In this document: positions 54,983-62,638 of the stretch, in pieces
Numbering within the stretch: the stretch's first letter is position 1
Layout: every line of letters begins with the position of its first letter
Assembly (NCBI GenBank): GCA_946409645.1
Contig: CAMJXE010000002.1
Span: 15,808 to 79,807 of the forward strand
Direction of reading: 5' to 3'
From: an uncultured Bacteroidales bacterium
Lineage (GTDB): Bacteria > Bacteroidota > Bacteroidia > Bacteroidales > WCHB1-69
Length of the DNA: 64,000 nt
Notes under the pieces: generated by a model
Told to the model about the DNA's origin: nothing
The model's input: only the letters and a program-made list of their open reading frames with translations
Databases searched by the model: none
Program-made: the position numbers and the translations under genes

Positions 54983-56920
54983 CTACTGGGCCAACTCGTG
55001 TCTTTCGGGGAAACGTTCCGACAGATCCGAAATGTAGAAATCTGACGCTTTCATGTCGGGGCTTTGGATGCGCACCACTGAAACGGGGCGCTTGTGCTGC
55101 CAATAGGCGCACGCAATCGGAATGCGATTCCATTGTCCGGCCAGCCAAACCGTGTCATGTCCGCCCAACAGAGCCTGCGCAGAATCTGTATCCAAGCGGT
55201 TGAGCATCAGTAAATAACGTTTGCTTGCGGAATGGAAATAGAGCGTGGCGCTGTCGCACAAAGCATCTACCAAAGGATTCTCCAAGGAGAGATCCCAACT
55301 GGAGGGTTTGACGGAGGCCATCGTCACGAGCATGTCGTTATGGGTCAGTCCCTCTTTCATGTCCAGGAGCACCACACGACGGGTGCTGTCCTGCGACAAT
55401 ATCTCCTTCAATTGCCCGATATTTTCACACTCTGAAAGCTGCTTTCCGGATTTCAGCAGGATATATTCATTGAAACGGTTGACCCCGATGCCGAACAGAC
55501 TGTTGCCCCACAATCCGGATTGGTACATCGACGGACAGTAAAGAATGTCGCCCTCTCCCATCTGCGAAAAGGCATCGTCGGCAATCATCTCGTCCAAAAT
55601 GGCGAAACGTTGCTGGCTGCGAGCCCATTCGTGGGAGATGTGCTCGTTGGTGGCGGTTTCGATAACCACCATGCCAAAGAGCGACAACACCAGAGCTGCG
55701 CCCACCACCGTCCGCACATATTGGATGCGGAAAACCAATTTATAGAGGGCATACCCGATCAGGAGCATGGCCAAAATCACGCCAAAGTAGGAGTAGAAAC
55801 TGGTGACATAACCGGCAAGCCAGCTGCCCCACTCAAGATTGTACTTGCTGGAGACCGCAATCAACAGATGAGCCGAAAAGGCGAACAACAATGCGGAAGC
55901 GGTGGCCACGCATAAGGCTTTCCAAGAGAGTCTGTTTTTGAAATTCTTCAGGAAATATGCGGTTAGAAAACCCACTATCAATGCATTGATATATGCAGCC
56001 AACGAAGCATGCGTAAGCATGAAACGATAATTATGGAAATGGCCAACTAAAGATTGGGAGTTGACGCTCATCACCTCAAAACCGTGCTTGAACTGGTGTA
56101 ATGGGGCCACCGCGAAGGTGCAGCGTCTAAGAATCCCGAAGAAATTTTTCCAATTCAACGAATGGGCAAAGCTGCTCCCATCGTATTGGTTGTCCACAAA
56201 TTGCCTGAACAGAAAATAGAGGGATACATACAATGTCGCAGCTATGGCTATGGGCAGCAATTCTCTGTATAACGGTTTGGTGGTAAACGCTTTCCGAATT
56301 CCCGACTTATACAAATTCCTGATGAAGATGGCGATTCCGAAAAGGAGAACGAACAGGAAGTAGTTCTCATAAAACAACATGGAAACAAAACAGAGCAAGG
56401 CCGAATAGATGATCAGGGCGTAGCGGTCGGTTTCCGTGTATTTCACAAAGAAGATGAGTGCCCAGCAGAAGAGAGCGAAGCTAACCGAAAAAAAGCAGGG
56501 ATAAGCGATGAACGGGATGTGAAGGCAAGGCGTTGCAGGGGTGCAGCACACTAATAACACGAACAATGCAACACTCAGTTTTCTTGAATGGAAGAGCTTC
56601 TGTATAAGGTAGGTGAATGAAAAATAAGAGAACAGAAGGCAGGCGTATTGGCATATTTTGAGCCCGATAAAACCGCCTGTGGCATACACTAACGAATAGA
56701 GTGGCTTGGTAATCAAGAAATAGAACCGACCGGAATAGTTGGCGTAAATCCAAGCATCCTGATAATAGTCGCCCTTCAAAAAGGTCAGATAGTTTTCCAA
56801 ATCATCCGAGATGGTGAAGCCGATTCTGAAAAAGGGGGCCAAGGAGATAGCCGTAACGAGCAGTACCAGGAAAACGAGAACGGCTTGTTCGAATTTCAGT
56901 CCGGAGATTCTATTTTTCAT
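54983..56920 (-). CDS. large polytopic membrane protein, putative partner (GT-C/YfhO/GtrC-like role) of the upstream GT2
   Basis: ~645 aa with at least 12 TM helices and a soluble C-terminal domain. The ATG at 56920 overlaps the GT2 gene end by 11 nt. The track start at 56941 is TTG. Confidence 0.55.
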   Translation of the reverse strand: MKNRISGLKFEQAVLVFLVLLVTAISLAPFFRIGFTISDDLENYLTFLKGDYYQDAWIYANYSGRFYFLITKPLYSLVYATGGFIGLKICQYACLLFSYFSFTYLIQKLFHSRKLSVALFVLLVCCTPATPCLHIPFIAYPCFFSVSFALFCWALIFFVKYTETDRYALIIYSALLCFVSMLFYENYFLFVLLFGIAIFIRNLYKSGIRKAFTTKPLYRELLPIAIAATLYVSLYFLFRQFVDNQYDGSSFAHSLNWKNFFGILRRCTFAVAPLHQFKHGFEVMSVNSQSLVGHFHNYRFMLTHASLAAYINALIVGFLTAYFLKNFKNRLSWKALCVATASALLFAFSAHLLIAVSSKYNLEWGSWLAGYVTSFYSYFGVILAMLLIGYALYKLVFRIQYVRTVVGAALVLSLFGMVVIETATNEHISHEWARSQQRFAILDEMIADDAFSQMGEGDILYCPSMYQSGLWGNSLFGIGVNRFNEYILLKSGKQLSECENIGQLKEILSQDSTRRVVLLDMKEGLTHNDMLVTMASVKPSSWDLSLENPLVDALCDSATLYFHSASKRYLLMLNRLDTDSAQALLGGHDTVWLAGQWNRIPIACAYWQHKRPVSVVRIQSPDMKASDFYISDLSERFPERHELAQ

Positions 56921-57839
56921 ATTCAACGATATCTTTGACAATATAGATTGGACGGGATTTCACCTCGTCGAAAATGTAGCCGATGTACATTCCGATGAGA
57001 CCGGTGACAAAAAGTTGGATGCCGGCGAATGCGCTCATGAAGACGACGAGCGTGGTGTATCCGGAGACGGGAGTATCCAAAATCCACATCACTAACGAAT
57101 AGATAATCAGGATGATGCTCAGCAGAACGAAGAACAATCCTGCGAAAATGCCAATCTGAAGCGGCATTTTGGAGGTGGACGAGATGGCGGAGAAAGAGAG
57201 TTTGAGCAATTTCCAGAACGAATACTTGCTCTCGCCTGCCACGCGGGGGGCCGCCACGTATTCTAACGTCGTACGCTGAAAACCAACAAGTTGTATCAAT
57301 CCTCTGAGGAAACGGGTGCGCTCGCGGTAGTCTGTCTTCAGGACTTGGGCCACCGGTTTGGAAATCAGGAAGAAGTCGGAGGCGTTTTCGGCAAGTTTCA
57401 CATCCGAGATGAGGTTCACGAATTTATAGAAAAGGGCGGAATTGAAGCGATGCAGCGGTTTGTCGTCCTCGCGGCGGGTGCGCACCATGTTGATGATGTC
57501 GAAGCCCTCTTTCCAACGTTGTACCATCTGTGGAATCATCTCTGTGGGATGCTGCAAATCGCTGTCCATGCAGATGATGGCATCGCCACGGCTATAGTCG
57601 ATGCCGGCAATCATGGCCGCCTCGTGCCCGAAGTTGCGGGCGAAATCCAAGACCCTGACATGCGGGTTTTCCGCCGCTTTTTCACGCAGAATATTCAGGG
57701 AGCCATCCGTGCTGCCGTCATTCACGAAGATCATCTCGTAAGAGGTCCCCGTCTGCTCTAATGTCCGGCTCAACGATTGATAGAAGGCCTCTATCGCCGC
57801 CTCTTCGTTAAACACCGGACATACAACACTCAATTCCAT
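56910..57839 (-). CDS. GT2 polyprenyl-phosphate glycosyltransferase (GtrB/ArnC/CsbB-like)
   Basis: VVCPVFNEE, VNDGSTDGS, MDSDLQHP (DxD region) and two C-terminal TM helices. Confidence 0.85.
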   Translation of the reverse strand: MELSVVCPVFNEEAAIEAFYQSLSRTLEQTGTSYEMIFVNDGSTDGSLNILREKAAENPHVRVLDFARNFGHEAAMIAGIDYSRGDAIICMDSDLQHPTEMIPQMVQRWKEGFDIINMVRTRREDDKPLHRFNSALFYKFVNLISDVKLAENASDFFLISKPVAQVLKTDYRERTRFLRGLIQLVGFQRTTLEYVAAPRVAGESKYSFWKLLKLSFSAISSTSKMPLQIGIFAGLFFVLLSIILIIYSLVMWILDTPVSGYTTLVVFMSAFAGIQLFVTGLIGMYIGYIFDEVKSRPIYIVKDIVEYEK

Positions 57840-57853
57840 AAGCCATTCTTTGG

Positions 57854-58567
57854 TTATTCCGCATCCTCGACGGGAGCAGCTACTTCAACAGGTTCGTTCA
57901 TCACGACTGGCTCGTTTTCTTCATCAACACCTTCAAACTCCGCACGAATCTTTTCGTAAAATTTCACTTCGGTCATCTGCAAGTAGGGCACAAGCCATAA
58001 ATAACCAATGAAAAGAGTAAGGAAGCACAAAAGAAACCAACCTATAAAGCTCAAATAGAGCAGGAAAAGATCCATTTTGTGACCTTTCATCATCATGCGG
58101 CTCTTCTGCAACACCTCAACAGGAGAAAGCTCGGGATTGTCGCGCAATACAAAAGGAACAATGGCGTATGCGAACGAAAGAATAATACCAGGAATTATCA
58201 ACAGGATCGTACCGCCAATGATGACCAATATCTCCAGAAGCATCGTACCAAGCACATTCCAAAAACGTTTATAACCGAAGAAAAGGTCGCTAATATCGGC
58301 GGGCAAATCCTGACGGGAGGAGTGCAGATGTGCCACTACAAAGCCAAACTGTATCGGAATGGCTAAAATGGTCAACAACAGTCCTGAACTCGTCATAATC
58401 AAGGCCAGCGTGGAAAAAGAGCTGCCCGTGAAAATTTCACCGAATTGGCTGGCAACGGATGCGATGCAAGCTAACAAGAAATAGATGAACGTGAGTCCTA
58501 CAAAAGAGCCCCACTTCCCTCTTAATGTGGCTAAAGCCTCTTCTTTTAAATCGTTAAAATATCCCAT
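57854..58567 (-). CDS. DUF975-family integral membrane protein
   Basis: N-terminal LRGKWG motif, several TM helices, acidic C-terminal tail. Confidence 0.65.
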   Translation of the reverse strand: MGYFNDLKEEALATLRGKWGSFVGLTFIYFLLACIASVASQFGEIFTGSSFSTLALIMTSSGLLLTILAIPIQFGFVVAHLHSSRQDLPADISDLFFGYKRFWNVLGTMLLEILVIIGGTILLIIPGIILSFAYAIVPFVLRDNPELSPVEVLQKSRMMMKGHKMDLFLLYLSFIGWFLLCFLTLFIGYLWLVPYLQMTEVKFYEKIRAEFEGVDEENEPVVMNEPVEVAAPVEDAE

Positions 58568-58603
58568 AATGTTTTAATTTTAATTGGTAAACAAAGAATG
58601 TGG

Positions 58604-58611
58604 CAAAAATA
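58604..58611 (-). promoter_or_regulatory. -7 promoter box TAttTTTG upstream of the DUF975-GT2 operon
   Basis: Reverse complement of caaaaata, ~37 nt before ATG 58567. Confidence 0.4.
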
Positions 58612-58671
58612 CAAAAAAAAATGTTTATGGGTTATGGTTGTGTATTCACTATCCACAAATCACAAAATTCG

Positions 58672-58679
58672 TATCTTTG
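58672..58679 (+). promoter_or_regulatory. -7 promoter box TAtcTTTG upstream of the second GNAT-like gene
   Basis: tatctttg, 24 nt before ATG 58703. Confidence 0.45.
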
Positions 58680-58702
58680 CTCACTGATTCAAACTTCCGA
58701 TT

Positions 58703-59839
58703 ATGACGCAAATTATTGAGATAAAAGAAGTTAAAAGCAACGAGGACTTGAAGCGTTTTATACAATTCCCCCGAAAAATATACAAAACCTGTCCGTATTA
58801 TGTCCCGGCTCTGGACAAAGGCGAGGAAAAACTGCTGACCAAACACCCCGCTTTAGCGTTCTGCGACCTACGGATGTGGCTCGCCTTCCGCAACGACGAA
58901 GTGGTCGGGCGCATCGCGGGCATCATCAACCGAAGGTGCAACGAAATCAAAGGACAAAAGCGCATCCGCTTCGCCTGGTTCGATGTCATAGAGGACTTTG
59001 AAGTGACTAAAAAGCTGTTCGAAACTGTGGAAGATTGGGGGAAGTCGGAAGGTTTGGAAGAGATTTGCGGTCCGTCGCGCTACTCCAACATGGAGAAGCA
59101 AGGCATGCTGGTGGACGGCTTCGACCACATCACCTCTTTGGGTGCCGAATATAATTACCCATATTACCCTGAATACATGGACCTTATAGGTTTCGAAAAG
59201 GAAGTGGATTATCTCCAGTACAAGGTAAAAGTCACTCCTGTTTCCGAACGTATTTCCCATATAGCCGAACTCGTAGGCCAAAAGTATCATGTTCGTTTGC
59301 GTGAAATCAAAGACAAAGCACAGTTGAAAAAAGACGGCTACGCCTTTTTGGAAGTCTTAAACGAAAGCTATCACGATATTTTCAATTTCATCCCGCTCAC
59401 CCACGAAGAAATGACTTGGATTATCGACGAAAACCTTTCCGTGGGTGTTTTGGATTTGATATCTTTTCTGGAAGATGAAAACGGTAGATTAGTCGGCATC
59501 GCCATGAGCATACCTTCATTGAATCAGGCCTTTAGAAAGGCTAACGGTCATTTGTGGCCCTTCGGTATGTTCCATCTGTTGCACGGGTTGCATCACAACA
59601 AAAACGTGGATTTGTTACTCACGGGAGTGCTGCCCGAGTACTTGCACACCGGTATCCATGCTATCTACCATAAACAACTCCACGAAGCCTTCCTGCGACA
59701 TGGATTCGAATACGCTTACACGTCGCAGCAACTCGAAAACAATATCGCTGCTCGCATCTGGCAGAAATACGACGCGGAGATCATTTCAAGACGCCGCTGC
59801 TATGTGAAAAGAATGGATGATTTGAGAATTGATAATTGA
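58703..59839 (+). CDS. GNAT-fold-like acyltransferase family protein, paralog of 44134-45249
   Basis: Colinear similarity over the full length (FPxxxYKxCxxxVPAL, LAFRxxEVVGRIAxIIN, IRFxWFDxIED, NYxYY, GFxKEVD, PFGxxH, GVxPEY). Confidence 0.6.
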   Translation: MTQIIEIKEVKSNEDLKRFIQFPRKIYKTCPYYVPALDKGEEKLLTKHPALAFCDLRMWLAFRNDEVVGRIAGIINRRCNEIKGQKRIRFAWFDVIEDFEVTKKLFETVEDWGKSEGLEEICGPSRYSNMEKQGMLVDGFDHITSLGAEYNYPYYPEYMDLIGFEKEVDYLQYKVKVTPVSERISHIAELVGQKYHVRLREIKDKAQLKKDGYAFLEVLNESYHDIFNFIPLTHEEMTWIIDENLSVGVLDLISFLEDENGRLVGIAMSIPSLNQAFRKANGHLWPFGMFHLLHGLHHNKNVDLLLTGVLPEYLHTGIHAIYHKQLHEAFLRHGFEYAYTSQQLENNIAARIWQKYDAEIISRRRCYVKRMDDLRIDN

Positions 59840-59922
59840 TAATTATTGGGGTAGTAGTTTTCTCATCGCATTATCGCATCAAAACCCAATATCCCAAATC
59901 CACAGTCATAAGTCAAAATCCA

Positions 59923-60693
59923 ATGAAAAACAGGTATGTCATAATCACAGGAGCGAGCAAAGGGTTGGGCCGAGAAATCGCGCTGGAATTAGCGCGGAAA
60001 GACTTCCCTACCCTATTGGTCAGTTCCACGGAAGCCGTGCATGCGGTGCGTGAGGAAATTATCCAAAAGTATTCGGTTGATTGCCAATCGTTTGTCGTAG
60101 ATTTATCGGACGAAAACGCAGTGCAGGAATGGACGGCTTGGGTCAATGATCATTTTGCTGTTTCTATACTTGTCAACAATGTGGGTACAGGCGGCAGCCG
60201 CGCCATCGAAACCGCCGACATGGATTACCTGCTACGCATTTTGCACCTCAACGTATTGTGTACCACTATCTTGACAAAAGCAATGCTTTCCAACCTACTG
60301 CAACACACACCCGCTCATATCCTGAACATTGGCAGCATGTCGGGATTCACGCCCTCGGCTTACAAGACAGTCTATCCTGCCTCGAAAGCCTACGTACACG
60401 CCTTTTCGAAATGTTTGCGCGAGGAATTGAAAGATACTGGCGTGTCGGTAACATTGGCCGCGCCTGGAGCAATGGCCACAAACCCGGAAATCTGCGAACG
60501 CATTGAGAAACAGGGCTTTTTCGGTCGCGCGACGCTGAAATCCACCTCGGAAACCGCCCGCAAATACGTGGACGGCATGCTCCGTGGCAAACGCCAGATT
60601 ATCCTCAACCCGATCAGCTACTCCCTCACGAAAATTCTCCCCGAACGCTGGCGCATCTCTCTTCTCTCCCGCATCCTGAAACGCGAATTGTAA
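59923..60693 (+). CDS. classical short-chain dehydrogenase/reductase
   Basis: ATG at 59923 gives MKNRYVIITGASKGLG (TGxxxGxG), NNVG, S...YPASK. The track start at 59836 looks over-extended. Confidence 0.8.
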   Translation: MKNRYVIITGASKGLGREIALELARKDFPTLLVSSTEAVHAVREEIIQKYSVDCQSFVVDLSDENAVQEWTAWVNDHFAVSILVNNVGTGGSRAIETADMDYLLRILHLNVLCTTILTKAMLSNLLQHTPAHILNIGSMSGFTPSAYKTVYPASKAYVHAFSKCLREELKDTGVSVTLAAPGAMATNPEICERIEKQGFFGRATLKSTSETARKYVDGMLRGKRQIILNPISYSLTKILPERWRISLLSRILKREL

Positions 60694-60748
60694 AAGGAAT
60701 TGATGTTATTTACAGTGAAATCGTGAAACTGTCGTGACATGACGACCG

Positions 60749-62545
60749 CTAAGAGACCGTTTTCTGTGTTTTATTCAAATATGCTTTCAAATCGGCGGCT
60801 TTTTTCGGACCGATGACTTCTGCGAGTTCTGCTTCGGTGGCGGAGGTAATCTTTGCCACGCTTCTAAACTCTTTCAACAATTTGGTTTTCAGTATTTTCC
60901 CAATCCCTGGTGCTTCATCTAAAATGGAGGCAATGCTTGTTTTGGAGCGGCGTTTCCTGTGGTGTGTGATGCCAAAGCGGTGCACCTCGTCGCGCACGTG
61001 CTGCAGCAGTTTCTGTGCTTCAGAACGTTTGTCAATATAGACGGGCAGCTCGTCGCCTACTTTATAGATATCCTCTAAGCGCTTGGCAATGCCCACCATC
61101 ATCAGCCGGTCTTCGATGTGCAGTGCTTGAATGGCGTTCCAGGCGGCGTGGAGTTGACCTTTGCCACCATCGATGACCACAAGGTCGGGGAGCGGTTTTT
61201 CCTCTTCCAAGAGACGGTGGTAGCGTCGGTAGATGACCTCCTCCATGGAGGCGAAGTCGTCGGCACCAACCACTGTTTTGATGTTGAAATGACGGTACTC
61301 GCTTTTGGCGGGTTTCCCGTCGATGAAACAGCTCATGGCAGCCACGGGCTCCTCGCCTTGCGTGTTGGAGTTATCGAAGCACTCTATGCGACGCGGAAGA
61401 GACTTCATGCCCAGTGCTTGCTGTAAAGCCTGCAATACTCGCATATTTCGGCGGTCAGGATCAGCGAGATCTTGACGCTTCTTTTTCTCTAACAGATAGA
61501 AATGGGCGTTGTGGATGGCCAATTCGAGCAGTTTGCGCTTGTCGCCACGTTGGGGGACCTGCAAATCCCAGCCTTCGGGTGCAAGTGAGGGAGCGAACGG
61601 CACCAGCAAAGTGGAAGACAGACCGCCCTGACGCTCCCGGATTTCGAGAATGCCAGCCCACAGCGTGTCTTCTCGCGACATCTCCAACCGGTTGTCAATC
61701 TCTAAGGTTTGCGCCTGCACTACCGCCCCGTCAACTACTCGCAAAAAACTGATATAAGCACAGTTGTCTTCTTCCTCCATGCCGAAAACGTCCATATTGG
61801 TCAAGGACGGGTTCACCACTACCGATTTGCCGATAAACTGCTCCAATGCCTCAATTTTCCGCTTCACTTCCGCCGCTTGCTCAAATTTCCATTCCTCGGC
61901 ATACTGCATCATCTCTTCTTTCAGTTGCCGAATCACCTCTTTACGATCACCCTTGATGATTTGCATCACCTGCTCAATGTTCTGCTGATATTTCTCTGCC
62001 GAGATGAGTTCGCAACAAGGCGCAGCACACTTCTTGATTTGGTACTGCATGCAAGGACGGTCGTTTTTTTTCAGGATTTTACAAGTGCGCAGCGGAAACA
62101 TGTCGTTGAGGAGTTCGAGGAGGATATTCATCTGTCGCACAGAGGAATAAGGGCCGAAAAGGTGCATCGTGGAAGGATCAGGACGGCGCGTGGGGAACAC
62201 CCGGGCGAAGGGCTCTTTCGTAATGGCAATCCATGGGTAGGTTTTGTCGTCCTTCAGCATGATGTTGTATTTGGGCTTAAACTCCTTTATCATGCTGTTT
62301 TCCAGCAACAAAGCATCCCATTCACTATCCACTACCACCGTCTGGATGTCACGGATTTTCGTCACTAACATCCGCACTTTCGCTGAGTCATGTTCCTTGT
62401 TGAAGTAGGAGGAAACCCGCCGCTTCAGTCGCTTCGCCTTCCCGACATAGATAACCACACCACTGTCATCGTAAAAGCGGTAAACGCCTGGCTTCTCTGG
62501 CAAGGTCTTCAGTATCAGTTTGATATGGTCTGGTGTCTCTTTCAA
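60749..62545 (-). CDS. uvrC: excinuclease ABC subunit C
   Basis: GIY-YIG N-terminus (GVYRFYDDSGVVIYVGKAKRLKRRVSSY), UvrBC-interaction region, C-terminal endonuclease and HhH motifs. The only available start is TTG at 62545, or CTG at 62554. Confidence 0.9.
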   Translation of the reverse strand: MKETPDHIKLILKTLPEKPGVYRFYDDSGVVIYVGKAKRLKRRVSSYFNKEHDSAKVRMLVTKIRDIQTVVVDSEWDALLLENSMIKEFKPKYNIMLKDDKTYPWIAITKEPFARVFPTRRPDPSTMHLFGPYSSVRQMNILLELLNDMFPLRTCKILKKNDRPCMQYQIKKCAAPCCELISAEKYQQNIEQVMQIIKGDRKEVIRQLKEEMMQYAEEWKFEQAAEVKRKIEALEQFIGKSVVVNPSLTNMDVFGMEEEDNCAYISFLRVVDGAVVQAQTLEIDNRLEMSREDTLWAGILEIRERQGGLSSTLLVPFAPSLAPEGWDLQVPQRGDKRKLLELAIHNAHFYLLEKKKRQDLADPDRRNMRVLQALQQALGMKSLPRRIECFDNSNTQGEEPVAAMSCFIDGKPAKSEYRHFNIKTVVGADDFASMEEVIYRRYHRLLEEEKPLPDLVVIDGGKGQLHAAWNAIQALHIEDRLMMVGIAKRLEDIYKVGDELPVYIDKRSEAQKLLQHVRDEVHRFGITHHRKRRSKTSIASILDEAPGIGKILKTKLLKEFRSVAKITSATEAELAEVIGPKKAADLKAYLNKTQKTVS

Positions 62546-62612
62546 GGGTTTCAGGTTTCAAGTTTCAGGTTTCAAGTTTCAAGTTTCAAGTCTTAAGTCT
62601 CAAGTCTCAAAC
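62543..62612. repeat. GTTTCAA/GTCTCAA heptamer tract forming the uvrC leader
   Basis: caagggtttcaggtttcaagtttcaggtttcaagtttcaagtttcaagtcttaagtctcaagtctcaaac, between the -7 box (62616-62623) and the start codon. Confidence 0.9.
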
Positions 62613-62615
62613 TAT

Positions 62616-62623
62616 CAAAGGTA
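62616..62623 (-). promoter_or_regulatory. -7 promoter box TAccTTTG upstream of uvrC
   Basis: Reverse complement of caaaggta. Confidence 0.45.
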
Positions 62624-62638
62624 CTTCCGGCTTAATTC

